A DNA stretch of 64,000 nucleotides, taken from an uncultured Sphingomonadales bacterium. GTDB taxonomy: Bacteria > Pseudomonadota > Alphaproteobacteria > Sphingomonadales > CAKZYD01. Shown here in pieces: positions 45,999-56,152 of this stretch. The translations under genes were made by a program, and so were the position numbers. The stretch spans positions 188,068 through 252,067 of the forward strand of contig CAZPXQ010000002.1 in assembly GCA_964590595.1 (NCBI GenBank), in the 5' to 3' direction. Numbering within the stretch: the stretch's first letter is position 1; each line of letters begins with the position of its first letter. The notes beneath the pieces are model-generated. The model made no database searches. It saw only the letters and a list, made by a program, of their open reading frames with translations, and was not told the origin of the DNA.

Positions 45999-46067
45999 AG
46001 GCTGAGCTTAAACCGGCAGGCCGGCGCCAGGGCTTAGGCGCCCGCCTCCCGACCGAGGCGAATTGGC

Positions 46068-47021
46068 ATGGGCGACACCCGCATCCAATGGCTTGCCGGC
46101 CCAATGCTGGCGGGCGCACTGTCGGCACTGGTGTTTTTGGCGCCAGCGGCCGGCTCCGCCCTGGGCGCCGTGCTGCAAATGGCCACCCCGCTGCCGCTAT
46201 ATTATATCGCCCTGCAAAAAGGCGCGATGGGCGCCATGGTCGGACTGACCAGCGGCTTTGCGCTGGTGGCGCTGGTGGCGCCGCCGCTGAGCAGCCTGGC
46301 GGTTTATATCGGCATTTTTGGATTGCCGCTGCTGGTCGGCGCTTGGCTGTATGAAACCGCCGGCGCCAGCCTGCGCGAGGCGGCGCTGGGCCGCATCGTC
46401 GCCGGCATGGCGATGGCGCTGGCATTGGTGATGTTGACCGGCGCCATGCTGTTCGACCGCGCCTTTGCCGATCAAGGCGGCCTGTTGGGCGCCAGCCGCA
46501 CCATGGCGCAATCGGTCGCCGAAGCGATTTTGCCGCAAGACGCCAGCCCGGAGCAAGCCGCCCAGCACCGCGAGGCTTTTGCCCAAATCGCGCCAATGAT
46601 TCCGCTGGCGGTGGCCGCCGGCTATTTTGTGCTGCATGTGTTGAATGCCCTGGCCGGCTTCAGCCTGCAAAAAAACCGTGAAGGCGCGCCACGGCCGGCT
46701 TGGTCCACGATTTGGCTGCCGCGTTGGCTGGTGGTGCCCGCGCTGGGCGTGACAGCGCTGGCATTTGTCGCCGGTGAAAGCGGCATTTTCGCTGGCATGG
46801 CTGCGGCGGTGTTGGGGGTGCCGCTGGTGCTGCAAGGCCTGGCAGTACTGCATGTCAAAAGCCGCAACCGGCCATTGCGGCCGTTTTTGTTGACAGGGGC
46901 CTATATCCTGGTGTTTCTCGCCGACGGCGCGCGGCTGGTCGCGGCCGCGCTGGGCGCGGCGGATCATTGGTTGGACTTTCGCAAGCAAGCCGCGCCGCCG
47001 CGCGGCAAGGAGAATGAATAA
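46068..47021 (+). CDS. DUF2232-like polytopic membrane protein
   Basis: 317 aa and hydrophobic. Its position between rpsR and rplI is conserved, as seen in alphaproteobacteria. Confidence 0.7.
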   Translation: MGDTRIQWLAGPMLAGALSALVFLAPAAGSALGAVLQMATPLPLYYIALQKGAMGAMVGLTSGFALVALVAPPLSSLAVYIGIFGLPLLVGAWLYETAGASLREAALGRIVAGMAMALALVMLTGAMLFDRAFADQGGLLGASRTMAQSVAEAILPQDASPEQAAQHREAFAQIAPMIPLAVAAGYFVLHVLNALAGFSLQKNREGAPRPAWSTIWLPRWLVVPALGVTALAFVAGESGIFAGMAAAVLGVPLVLQGLAVLHVKSRNRPLRPFLLTGAYILVFLADGARLVAAALGAADHWLDFRKQAAPPRGKENE

Positions 47022-47608
47022 TGCAGATCATTTTGTTGGAACGGGTCGAATCGCTTGGCCAAATGGGCGACGTCGTAAAAGTGCGCGACGGTTATGCCCG
47101 CAATTTCCTGTTGCCGCAGAAAAAGGCGCTGCGGGCCACCGCCGAAAACCGCAAGCTGTTTGAGGCGCGACGCAAGGATATCGAAGCCGAAAACCTGAAG
47201 CGCCGGCAAGAGGCCGAGGGTGTCGCAAAACGCCTGCAAGGCCGTTCGGTTGTGCTGTTGCGCCAGGCTGGCGATAGCGGCCAGCTTTATGGTTCGGTTT
47301 CGACCCGCGATATCGCCGAAGCCTTTTCGGCCGACGGTGTCGCCATTCATCGCCGGCAAGTGGTGTTGGACAAGCCGATCAAGACGCTGGGCGTGCATCC
47401 GGTGCGAATCGTGCTGCATGGTGAGGTTTCGGTGTTGGTGGAAGTGAATGTCGCCCGCTCCGAGCAAGAAGCCGAGCTACAAGCCCGGGGTGTCGACGTC
47501 ACCGCCGAAGTGTTCGAGGAAGAAGAAGCCGCGCCGGCACCGACCGAAGAGTTGGAAGCCGAGGCTGAGACCGAAGCCGCCGGCGACGAGGTTGAAAGCC
47601 AGGCTTGA
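47021..47608 (+). CDS. rplI: 50S ribosomal protein L9 (with acidic C-terminal extension)
   Basis: Begins [30 protein letters not shown]. Confidence 0.95.
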   Translation: MQIILLERVESLGQMGDVVKVRDGYARNFLLPQKKALRATAENRKLFEARRKDIEAENLKRRQEAEGVAKRLQGRSVVLLRQAGDSGQLYGSVSTRDIAEAFSADGVAIHRRQVVLDKPIKTLGVHPVRIVLHGEVSVLVEVNVARSEQEAELQARGVDVTAEVFEEEEAAPAPTEELEAEAETEAAGDEVESQA

Positions 47609-47642
47609 TTCGCGGCCAAGGCCGATCAACGCAGCATGCCAG

Positions 47643-47675
47643 GGGCCGGGCGGAAGCGTCCGGCCCGCGCATTTT
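47643..47675 (+). terminator. candidate rho-independent terminator after rplI
   Basis: GGGCCGG-10 nt loop-CCGGCCC, followed by GCGCATTTT. Confidence 0.45.
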
Positions 47676-47743
47676 CAGCGCCATAACCAATGCGGCGTAA
47701 GCTCCGCTTGGCGATAAGCCTTTGATCGGCGCATACTCAGACC

Positions 47744-49267
47744 ATGACATCCCGTTCCGAAATGCGTGCCATGCCCATGAACGACGACGCCGATGACGGC
47801 GAGCGCATGGCCTATCGCACACCGCCGCATGCGATCGAGGCGGAACAGTCCCTGTTGGGTGCGATTTTGGTCAACAACGAAGCTTTGGACAAAGTCGCCG
47901 GGTTCCTGGAACCGAACCATTTTTTCGAGGATGTGCATGGCCGCATCTATGAAACCATCGTCAAACTGCGGGAAAAGCTGCAAGCCGCCACCCCACTGAC
48001 GCTGAAGCCCTATTTCGCCGATGATCCAGCGCTGGCCGATGTCGGCGGTGGCGGCTATCTGGCCAAGCTGGCCGGCACTGCGACCACCATCATCAATGTC
48101 GAGGATTATGGCCGCCTGATTGTCGATCAGGCCGACCGTCGGGCGTTGATAGCGATTGGCGAACGTATGGTGCTGGAAGCCTATGAGGCAGAAATCGACG
48201 CCCCCGCCACCGGCCAGATCGAAACCGCCGAACAGGCCTTGTTCAATCTGTCCGTCAAACGCGAGGCCGAAGGCGGATTCAAGGCCTTTTCCCAAGCCCT
48301 GACGGACGCCGTTGAGCTGATCGAACGGGCGCGCAAGGCGGGCGGCAGCGTGTCGGGGCGCACCACTGGCTTGACCACGCTCAATCAAAAAGTCGGCGGT
48401 TTTCACGACAGCGATTTGATCATTTTGGCCGGCCGCCCCGGCATGGGTAAAACCGCACTGGCCACCTCCATCGCCTATAATTGCGCGTTGGCTTACCGCA
48501 AGGACATCGATGCCGGTGTCGCACCAGAAGATAGCAAGGGCGGCGTTGTCGGATTTTTCAGCCTGGAAATGTCGGCCGACCAATTGGCCGCACGTATCTT
48601 GTCGCAGCAATCTGGCGTCAATTCCGAGGATTTGCGCAAGGGCAAGCTGAATGAGGAACAGTTCCGCAAGGTCGCCCGCGCCTCAGCCGATCTGCAGGAC
48701 CTGCCGCTGTTCATCGACGACACCCCCGGGCTGTCGATCTCGGCCCTGCGCGCCCGCGCCCGTCGGCTGCACCGGCGTCATGGCTTGGGCCTGCTTGTGG
48801 TCGACTATCTGCAATTGCTGACCGCCGCCGGCACCCGTGGCCGTGGCCCGGAAAACCGGGTTCAGGAAATTTCCGAAATCACTCGTGGCCTGAAAAATAT
48901 CGCCAAATCGCTGCGGGTGCCGGTGCTGGCGCTGTCGCAGCTCTCGCGTTCGGTCGAAAGCCGCGAAGACAAACGCCCGCAACTGGCCGACCTGCGCGAA
49001 TCCGGCACCATCGAACAGGATGCCGATCTGGTCTTATTCGTGTACCGGGAAAGCTATTATCACGACCGCAAAAAGCCCGAAGAAGACGATCCCGAATTTC
49101 TCGCCTGGCAAGAAAAAGCCGTGGCGTTGCATGGCAAGGCCACGATCGATGTCGCCAAGCACCGCCATGGCGCCACTGGCACCGTTGACGTCGGTTTCAA
49201 TCCGTCCTCGGCCTATTTCGAGGACCGCCGGCTGGATGACGATATGACCGCCGAGCGGCTTTACTGA
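47744..49267 (+). CDS. dnaB: replicative DNA helicase
   Basis: PPHAIEAEQSLLGAIL, the Walker A motif GRPGMGKT, and the RecA-like C-terminal domain. The start could lie a few codons downstream. Confidence 0.93.
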   Translation: MTSRSEMRAMPMNDDADDGERMAYRTPPHAIEAEQSLLGAILVNNEALDKVAGFLEPNHFFEDVHGRIYETIVKLREKLQAATPLTLKPYFADDPALADVGGGGYLAKLAGTATTIINVEDYGRLIVDQADRRALIAIGERMVLEAYEAEIDAPATGQIETAEQALFNLSVKREAEGGFKAFSQALTDAVELIERARKAGGSVSGRTTGLTTLNQKVGGFHDSDLIILAGRPGMGKTALATSIAYNCALAYRKDIDAGVAPEDSKGGVVGFFSLEMSADQLAARILSQQSGVNSEDLRKGKLNEEQFRKVARASADLQDLPLFIDDTPGLSISALRARARRLHRRHGLGLLVVDYLQLLTAAGTRGRGPENRVQEISEITRGLKNIAKSLRVPVLALSQLSRSVESREDKRPQLADLRESGTIEQDADLVLFVYRESYYHDRKKPEEDDPEFLAWQEKAVALHGKATIDVAKHRHGATGTVDVGFNPSSAYFEDRRLDDDMTAERLY

Positions 49268-49370
49268 TTGCTATTTCCGCCATCGCACTTGACGCCAAGC
49301 CCTTAAGCGGCAAAAAGTCTTTGCCGGATCGACGACTTCACGCGCCACCGGCCGCAGCGGCGGAGACCCT

Positions 49371-50144
49371 ATGCAATTTCTTGTCACCATCGGCCAAGCG
49401 ACACTGGCCTTCCTGGCCGCCGTTGGCCGGCTGGCGCAATTTACCGGCCAAGCCCTGGTCCATATTTTCGCGCCGCCCTTTTATTTACGGCTGTTGCTGC
49501 AGCAAATGCTGTCGATCGGCTATTTTTCGCTGCCCGTGGTGGGCCTCACCGCGCTGTTCACCGGCGCCGCCTTGGCGCAGCAGATTTATGTCGGCTCCGA
49601 GCGCTTCAATGCCGAAAACGTCGTCGCCGGCGTCACCGTCATCGCCCTGGTGCGGGAATTGGGCCCGGTGTTGGGCGGGTTGATGGTGGCCGGTCGGGTG
49701 TCATCGGCGATGGCTGCGGAATTGGGCACCATGCGGGTGACCGAGCAGATCGACGCCATGATCACGTTGTCGACAGAGCCGTTCAAATATCTCATCGCGC
49801 CGCGCCTGCTGGCCGCTGTCATCACCTTGCCGGCCTTGGTGCTGGTGGCCAATATCATTGGCGTTTTTGGCGGCTTTCTGATCGGCACCGAGCGTCTGGG
49901 CTTTAACCCCGCGACATATTTGAAGGTCACCGTCGATTATCTGGAGGCCGCCGACGTTGTGTCCAGCCTGGTCAAGGCCGGTGTGTTCGGGTTCATTATC
50001 GCGTTGATGGGTTGCTTTCACGGCTATCACAGTTCCGGCGGCGCCCAGGGTGTTGGCCGGGCGACAACCGATGCCGTGGTTTCCGCGTTCATTCTGATCC
50101 TGCTTGCCAATCTCATCATCACCGTGATTGTGTTCGGCACATGA
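49371..50144 (+). CDS. mlaE: MlaE-family ABC transporter permease
   Basis: 257 aa. Contains RELGPVL..L..AGR..SA.AAELGTM.V.EQIDA. Confidence 0.85.
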   Translation: MQFLVTIGQATLAFLAAVGRLAQFTGQALVHIFAPPFYLRLLLQQMLSIGYFSLPVVGLTALFTGAALAQQIYVGSERFNAENVVAGVTVIALVRELGPVLGGLMVAGRVSSAMAAELGTMRVTEQIDAMITLSTEPFKYLIAPRLLAAVITLPALVLVANIIGVFGGFLIGTERLGFNPATYLKVTVDYLEAADVVSSLVKAGVFGFIIALMGCFHGYHSSGGAQGVGRATTDAVVSAFILILLANLIITVIVFGT

Positions 50145-50920
50145 CCAGCGCCCAGCCCAAAATCGCCATTCGCGACCTGCACAAGGCCTTTGGCCGCAAA
50201 GTCGTGCTTGACGGCATCGATCTCAACATCGGCCAAGGCGAAAGCGTCGTCGTGATCGGTGGTTCGGGCACCGGTAAATCGGTGTTGATCAAGTCGATCT
50301 TGGGCATCATCCGACCTGACAGCGGCCAAATCCTGCTGGATGGCGAGGATGTCACCCACGTTAAGGGCGAGGCCCGGCGACGAAAGATCGCCAAATTCGG
50401 CATGTTGTTCCAAGGCGGCGCGTTGTTTGATTCTCTTCCGGTTTGGCACAATGTCGCCTTCGGCCTGATCGAAGCGCAACGCATGCCACGCCAAGCCGCG
50501 CGCGAACAAGCGGTTGAGAATCTGCGCTTGGTCGGTCTTTCGCCAGATGTCGCGGATCTGTCCCCAGCGGAATTGTCGGGCGGCATGCAAAAGCGTGTCG
50601 GCCTTGCCCGCGCCATTGCCTCGCACCCCGAAATCATCTTTTTCGACGAGCCGACCACCGGCCTTGACCCGATCATGGCCGATGTCATCAATGACTTGAT
50701 TGTCGAGCGAGTGAAGGAATTGGGCGCGACCACCGTTACCATCACCCATGACATGTCCAGCGTACGCAAGATCGCCGACAAGGTGGCGATGCTCTATGCT
50801 GGCAAAATCATCTGGCAAGGCCCGCGCGACGAGATTGACCAGTCCGGCAATGATTATGTTGACCAATTCATTCACGGCCGCGCCGAGGGGCCAATCCAGA
50901 TGGAGCTGCGCAAACGCTAG
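50141..50920 (+). CDS. mlaF: MlaF-family ABC transporter ATP-binding protein
   Basis: The ATG at 50141 overlaps the mlaE stop codon. Walker A GGSGTGKS, signature LSGGMQKRV, and Walker B IIFFDEP. Confidence 0.88.
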   Translation: MTSAQPKIAIRDLHKAFGRKVVLDGIDLNIGQGESVVVIGGSGTGKSVLIKSILGIIRPDSGQILLDGEDVTHVKGEARRRKIAKFGMLFQGGALFDSLPVWHNVAFGLIEAQRMPRQAAREQAVENLRLVGLSPDVADLSPAELSGGMQKRVGLARAIASHPEIIFFDEPTTGLDPIMADVINDLIVERVKELGATTVTITHDMSSVRKIADKVAMLYAGKIIWQGPRDEIDQSGNDYVDQFIHGRAEGPIQMELRKR

Positions 50921-51099
50921 GGAGCCGCTCCGGTGATGCTTGTCGCCAGCATGGGACACAAGATTGACGATAGGGCGCGGTACCCCGCCCTCACCGCTCC
51001 AACCCGTCATAGCGCACCGCCGGCAGGCGGCGCGGCAATCCATATCCATGCGGTGACAATGACCGTAGCGCTGAAAGCCTTAAGGAGGAGGTTTGTGTC

Positions 51100-52476
51100 A
51101 TCGCCCGTCCGCTAATCCGCTATGTCTGCCAAAGCTGCGGCGAGCATTTCCCCAAATGGGCGGGACAATGCGGCGCATGTGGCGCTTGGAACTCCTTGCT
51201 TGAGGAAAAAACGGTGGCGCTGGGTCCGGGGGCGGTTGGCCGCCGCCAGGGCAAGGGTCGGCCGATTCCACTGACCGGGTTGGACAGTCCGTCACAAGCG
51301 CCGCGCCGGCTGACAACCCAAATCGGCGAACTGGACCGTGCCCTAGGGGGCGGCTTGGTGCCTGGCTCGGCGGTGCTGATTGGCGGCGATCCCGGCATCG
51401 GCAAATCGACATTATTGCTCGATGCCACTGGCCGCCTGGCCCGCGCCGGCGCCAAGGTGGTCTATATCAGCGGCGAGGAAGCGGTGGCGCAGATCCGCCT
51501 GCGGGCGCGGCGTTTAAACCTGACCGATGCGCCGGTGGCATTAGCCGCCGCCACCGATTTGGACGATATTCTCGCCACCTTGGACGCCGGCCCCGCGGCC
51601 GATGTGGTGGTAATCGATTCAATCCAGACGATGTATTCCGGCGCGCTGGAAGCCGCGCCCGGAAGTGTCAGCCAGGTCCGCGCCTGCGCCCAGGCTTTGA
51701 TCCGTTTCGCCAAGGAGCGCGATACCGCGATGTTGATGGTTGGCCATGTCACCAAGGATGGGCAGATCGCGGGCCCCAGGGTGCTGGAACATATGGTCGA
51801 CTGCGTGTTGTATTTTGAGGGCGAACGCGGCCATCAGTTCCGCATTTTGCGCGCGGTCAAGAACCGCTTTGGCGGCACCGACGAAATCGGCGTGTTTGAA
51901 ATGACTGGCCAGGGCTTGGCCGAGGTCGCCAATCCCTCGCAGCTATTCTTGTCCAACCGAGATGCGCCGGTGACCGGATCGGCGGTGTTTGCCGGCATCG
52001 AAGGCTCGCGGCCGATCTTGTCGGAAATTCAAGCCCTTGTTACGCCAACACCGGCGGCCAATCCGCGCCGCACCGTGGTTGGCTGGGATTCCGGCCGGCT
52101 AGCGATGGTGCTGGCGGTGCTGGATGCGCGCACGGGTCTTGGATTAGGCGGCTGCGATGTTTATCTGAATGTTGCCGGCGGGCTGAAAATTGTCGACCCG
52201 GCGGCGGATTTGGCGGTGGCGGCGGCGCTGGTGTCGTCGCTGCATGGCAGGCCGGTCAAAGCCGAAACCGTGCTTTTCGGCGAAATCGCCCTGTCCGGCG
52301 AAGTGCGGCCGGTGGCGCAGGCCAGCGCGCGGCTGAAGGAAGCTGCGAAATTGGGCTTCGCCGAAGCTTGGTTGCCGAAGGGCGAACGCGACAAGGGCGG
52401 CGGCGACAGCGCCATCCTGCGGGTCGAATTGAGCGATGTCGCGTCCTTGGTGGACTTGTTGGCGCCAGACGCCTAA
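51100..52476 (+). CDS. radA: DNA repair protein RadA; 5' boundary uncertain (no canonical start before the zinc finger)
   Basis: In-frame zinc finger YVCQSCGEHFPKWAGQCGACGAWNS at 51121-51195, Walker A GDPGIGKST, KNRFG, and a Lon-like C-terminal domain. See the finding on the start anomaly. Confidence 0.85.
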   Translation: MARPLIRYVCQSCGEHFPKWAGQCGACGAWNSLLEEKTVALGPGAVGRRQGKGRPIPLTGLDSPSQAPRRLTTQIGELDRALGGGLVPGSAVLIGGDPGIGKSTLLLDATGRLARAGAKVVYISGEEAVAQIRLRARRLNLTDAPVALAAATDLDDILATLDAGPAADVVVIDSIQTMYSGALEAAPGSVSQVRACAQALIRFAKERDTAMLMVGHVTKDGQIAGPRVLEHMVDCVLYFEGERGHQFRILRAVKNRFGGTDEIGVFEMTGQGLAEVANPSQLFLSNRDAPVTGSAVFAGIEGSRPILSEIQALVTPTPAANPRRTVVGWDSGRLAMVLAVLDARTGLGLGGCDVYLNVAGGLKIVDPAADLAVAAALVSSLHGRPVKAETVLFGEIALSGEVRPVAQASARLKEAAKLGFAEAWLPKGERDKGGGDSAILRVELSDVASLVDLLAPDA

Positions 52477-52525
52477 GCTGCCCGCGCCAGGGGTGGGGGC
52501 ACTTTAACGGGAGAATAAAGGGCTT

Positions 52526-53200
52526 ATGTCAGCCTTTGACGTTGCGGTGCTCGGCATTTTGGCCATTTCGGCCGCCTTTGCCTTCTGGCGGGGCTTTACC
52601 ACCGAAGCGCTGAGCTTGGCCTCTTGGGGCGGCGCGGTGGCGCTGACTTTGTTCGGCTTTCCCTGGACCAGCGCCTGGGTGGCCAAGCTGCTGAGTCCGG
52701 AATGGCTGGCCGACTTCGCGGCCCTGATCGCAACTTTCGTCATAAGTTTCTTTATATTACGCTGGATTGCTGACAAAATAGGTGACCGCGTGCGAGAATC
52801 CAGCCTCGGACCCGTCGACCGTATGTTCGGCGCGATTTTTGGCATGATTCGCGGCCTCATCGTGATCAGCGCGGTATATCTGCTGTTCGATTATTTCGTC
52901 CGGCCCAAAACCGATCCCGATTGGATCACCACCGCCAAGACCGGGGCCTTGGTGCAATATACCGCGCAATGGATGCATCGGATCGCTGAACGCGGCGACA
53001 GCACGCCCGATATCGACAATCTGACCCGCCGCGCCCGCCAATTATTGCCGAATTTGGGCGAAACCGGCGCGGCCAGCCAGCCAAGCCAAACCGAACCCGC
53101 CTATGGCGATGAACAGCGCGCCTGGCTGGATGGGCTGTTACAACGCTTGGAAGACAAAGCCGCACCCACTAGCGATAGCGCCCAAGGCGATGAAAAATGA
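52526..53200 (+). CDS. cvpA: CvpA family membrane protein
   Basis: 224 aa. N-terminal TM helices, and the typical position upstream of purF. Confidence 0.8.
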   Translation: MSAFDVAVLGILAISAAFAFWRGFTTEALSLASWGGAVALTLFGFPWTSAWVAKLLSPEWLADFAALIATFVISFFILRWIADKIGDRVRESSLGPVDRMFGAIFGMIRGLIVISAVYLLFDYFVRPKTDPDWITTAKTGALVQYTAQWMHRIAERGDSTPDIDNLTRRARQLLPNLGETGAASQPSQTEPAYGDEQRAWLDGLLQRLEDKAAPTSDSAQGDEK

Positions 53201-53276
53201 TGGCCGTGTGGTGGCAAGTTCTTTATAGCGTCCGCCATGGGTCGGTGGACCTGCATCAACAAGCACCGGATCAAAT

Positions 53277-54743
53277 ATGACCATGGCTTTGCCACTCAGT
53301 CATCCGTTCGACGACGACAAGCTCCGCGAGGAATGCGGCATTTTCGGCATCTACGGCAATCGCGACGCCGCTGCTCATACCGTTCTGGGCCTACATGCCT
53401 TGCAGCATCGCGGCCAGGAAGCCGCCGGCATTTGCGCCTTCGATGGCGCCCGCTTCAACAGTCACCGCAATATGGGCTTGGTTGGCGATATTTTTGCGTC
53501 ACCCGCGGTGATGCAAATGCTGGTCGGCCATGCCGCGATTGGCCATGTCCGCTATTCGACCACCGGCGAAACCATCATGCGCAATGTCCAGCCCCTGTTT
53601 GCGGAACTGGCGACGGGCGGCTTTGCCGTCGCGCATAATGGCAATTTGACCAATGCTTGGCATTTGCGGCGTGAATTGGTCAACAGGGGCGCGATCTTCC
53701 AGTCGACCAGCGATACCGAGGTGCTCATTCACCTCATCGCCAATGCCGATTTCGATCGCCCGCTCGACCGCCTGATCGACGCCTTGCGACAAATCGAAGG
53801 TGCTTATTCACTGGTTGCCCTGACGGCCGAGGGCTTGATTGGAGTGCGCGATCCATTGGGGGTGCGGCCCTTGGTGTTGGGGCAGTTAGAAGACGGCGCC
53901 TATTTGTTTGCGTCGGAGACTTGCGCGCTGGATATTCTCGGCGCCAATTTCGTCCGCGAGGTCGAACCCGGCGAAATCGTCACCATTTCCGAACATGGCC
54001 TGCAAAGCTTCCGCCCCTTCCCGGCTGCGCATCCCCGGCCCTGCATCTTCGAGCATGTCTATTTCTCGCGCCCCGACAGTTATTTGGATGGCTTCAGCGT
54101 CTATGAAGTGCGCAAGCGCATCGGCGCTGAGCTGGCGCGAGAATTTCATGTGCCGGCGGATGTGGTGATCCCAGTGCCCGATTCCGGCACGCCGGCGGCG
54201 ATCGGCTATGCCCAAGAGGCGCAAATCCCATTTGAACTGGGCATTATTCGCAATCATTATGTCGGCCGTACCTTCATTGAACCCTCGGATTCGATCCGTC
54301 ATCTGGGCGTGAAACTGAAGCACAACGCCAATCGCTGGCAACTGAATGGCAAGCGCGTGGTGCTGGTAGACGACTCCATTGTGCGCGGCACCACGTCGAT
54401 CAAAATTGTCGAAATGGTGCGTCAGGCCGGCGCGCGCGAGGTGCATATGCGCATCGCCAGCCCCCCGACGCGGTTTTCCTGCTTTTACGGGGTCGACACC
54501 CCGGAGCGCTCGAAACTGCTGGCCTCGAAAATGGATGTGCCGGCAATGGCTGAACATATCGGCGCCGATTCTTTGGCATTCCTGTCGATGAACGGGCTCT
54601 ATCGGGCGCTCAACCAGCCCGCGCGTGACGCAGTCTATCCGCAATTTTGCGATGCCTGTTTCTCTGGCGAATACCCAACACCGCTGACCGATCAAAAAGA
54701 ACTGGAATCGCCAAAGCAGCTCAGCCTGTTGGCGGAGGCCTGA
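53277..54743 (+). CDS. purF: amidophosphoribosyltransferase
   Basis: CGIFGI N-terminal nucleophile after a short propeptide, plus the PRPP-binding VVLVDDSIVRGTT. Confidence 0.95.
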   Translation: MTMALPLSHPFDDDKLREECGIFGIYGNRDAAAHTVLGLHALQHRGQEAAGICAFDGARFNSHRNMGLVGDIFASPAVMQMLVGHAAIGHVRYSTTGETIMRNVQPLFAELATGGFAVAHNGNLTNAWHLRRELVNRGAIFQSTSDTEVLIHLIANADFDRPLDRLIDALRQIEGAYSLVALTAEGLIGVRDPLGVRPLVLGQLEDGAYLFASETCALDILGANFVREVEPGEIVTISEHGLQSFRPFPAAHPRPCIFEHVYFSRPDSYLDGFSVYEVRKRIGAELAREFHVPADVVIPVPDSGTPAAIGYAQEAQIPFELGIIRNHYVGRTFIEPSDSIRHLGVKLKHNANRWQLNGKRVVLVDDSIVRGTTSIKIVEMVRQAGAREVHMRIASPPTRFSCFYGVDTPERSKLLASKMDVPAMAEHIGADSLAFLSMNGLYRALNQPARDAVYPQFCDACFSGEYPTPLTDQKELESPKQLSLLAEA

Positions 54744-54746
54744 GCG

Positions 54747-55505
54747 ATGAACAACAGCCATAAACCGCTGGCCGGCCGGCTGGCGCTGGTGACCGGCGCT
54801 TCCCGCGGCATTGGCCGGGCGGTCGCCCTGGGCCTGGCGCAGGCGGGCGCGCATCTCATTCTGGTTTCCCGCACCGCCGGCGCCTTGGAGGAACTCGACG
54901 ACCAGATCCAGGCGAATGGCGGCCAACCCGCCACCCTGGTGCCCTTGGACTTGGCCGATGTCGCTGGCATTGACCGGCTGGGCGGCGCCATTCATGAACG
55001 CTGGGGCAAGCTCGATATTCTGATCGGCAATGCCGGCTATTTGGGCGATTTGTCGCCGGTGCCGCATCTGGCGCCAAAGGACTGGGATTGCAATATCGCG
55101 ATCAATTTAACTGCCAATTGGCGCTTGATCCGCTCGCTTGACCCGCTGCTGCGGCTATCCGACGCCGGCCGCGCGGTGTTCATCAGCTCCAGCGTCGCGC
55201 GCAAGCAAAAGCCATTTTGGGGCGCCTATGCGGCGGCCAAAGCGGCTTTGGAAAAACTGGTCGAGACCTATGCCGTCGAAACCGCGCAGATCAGCGCCTT
55301 GAGGGTCAATCTGGTCAATCCGGGGCCAATGCGGACGGTGATGCGCGCCGCCGCCATGCCTGGCGAAGACCCCAAAACCCTGCCCAAACCGGAAGCCCTG
55401 CTGCCCTTGATCATGGACCTGGTATCGCCGGCGCAAACCGCCACCGGCCAGCTTTTCGATTTTCCGGAATGGGCCGCCGCTAAAACGGCAACAGATCGCG
55501 AGTGA
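54747..55505 (+). CDS. SDR family oxidoreductase
   Basis: TGASRGIG, NAG and YAAAKAA motifs. Confidence 0.85.
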   Translation: MNNSHKPLAGRLALVTGASRGIGRAVALGLAQAGAHLILVSRTAGALEELDDQIQANGGQPATLVPLDLADVAGIDRLGGAIHERWGKLDILIGNAGYLGDLSPVPHLAPKDWDCNIAINLTANWRLIRSLDPLLRLSDAGRAVFISSSVARKQKPFWGAYAAAKAALEKLVETYAVETAQISALRVNLVNPGPMRTVMRAAAMPGEDPKTLPKPEALLPLIMDLVSPAQTATGQLFDFPEWAAAKTATDRE

Positions 55506-55740
55506 TCAAAATATACCAAATCACCCACACAACCGCCGACACCAGGGTGGTGGCCAACAGCTTGCGACCCAAACGCGGCTTGAGCGGGGCGCTTTCGGCA
55601 TGGCCGGTTTCGGCCTTTTCGCCGGCTTCATGATAGCTGGTGGCGCCCCAGGGTAGAACCGCGAACAGCGCCACCCACCAGATCATGACATAGGTGAAAA
55701 CGCCGGCGAACCAGCCGATTTCCGTACCGCCCTCGCTCAT
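55480..55740 (-). CDS. DUF1467-like small membrane protein
   Basis: 86 aa, two TM helices, with the W..LF.VLPWG motif. Confidence 0.7.
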   Translation of the reverse strand: MSEGGTEIGWFAGVFTYVMIWWVALFAVLPWGATSYHEAGEKAETGHAESAPLKPRLGRKLLATTLVSAVVWVIWYILITRDLLPF

Positions 55741-56141
55741 GCTTGTTCAATCTCGACCAGGGTGCCGCAAAAATCCTTGGGGTGCAGAAACAACACCGGC
55801 TTGCCATGCGCACCGATCCGCGGCTCGCCATCGCCCAACACCCGCGCGCCCTCGGCCTTCAGCTTGTCGCGGGCGGCTATGATGTCCTCGACCTCATAGC
55901 AAAGATGATGCACGCCGCCGTCCTTATTGCGTTCCAGGAAATTGGCGATCGGCGACTTGTCACCCAGCGGATACAGCAGCTCGATCTTGGTATTCGGCAG
56001 TTCGACAAACACCGTGGTGACGCCATGGTCTGGCTGATCGACCGGGTCCGAGACCTTGGCGCCCAGGGTTTCACGATAAATCGCGGTGGCCTTCTTCAGA
56101 TCCGGCACCGCGATCGCCACATGGTTCAATACACCGATCAT
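55737..56141 (-). CDS. mce: methylmalonyl-CoA epimerase (VOC/glyoxalase fold)
   Basis: The ATG at 56141 follows AAGGGAG and gives MIGVLNHVAIAVPDL.... Contains GGVHHLCYEV. Confidence 0.85.
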   Translation of the reverse strand: MIGVLNHVAIAVPDLKKATAIYRETLGAKVSDPVDQPDHGVTTVFVELPNTKIELLYPLGDKSPIANFLERNKDGGVHHLCYEVEDIIAARDKLKAEGARVLGDGEPRIGAHGKPVLFLHPKDFCGTLVEIEQA

Positions 56142-56152
56142 AGTCGCTCCCT

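Noticed and set aside
50933-51115. 60-aa ORF between mlaF and radA.
   Set aside because: Its 3' end is simply the out-of-frame GTG-initiated stub discussed in the radA start anomaly. The rest has no SD and no protein-like features.
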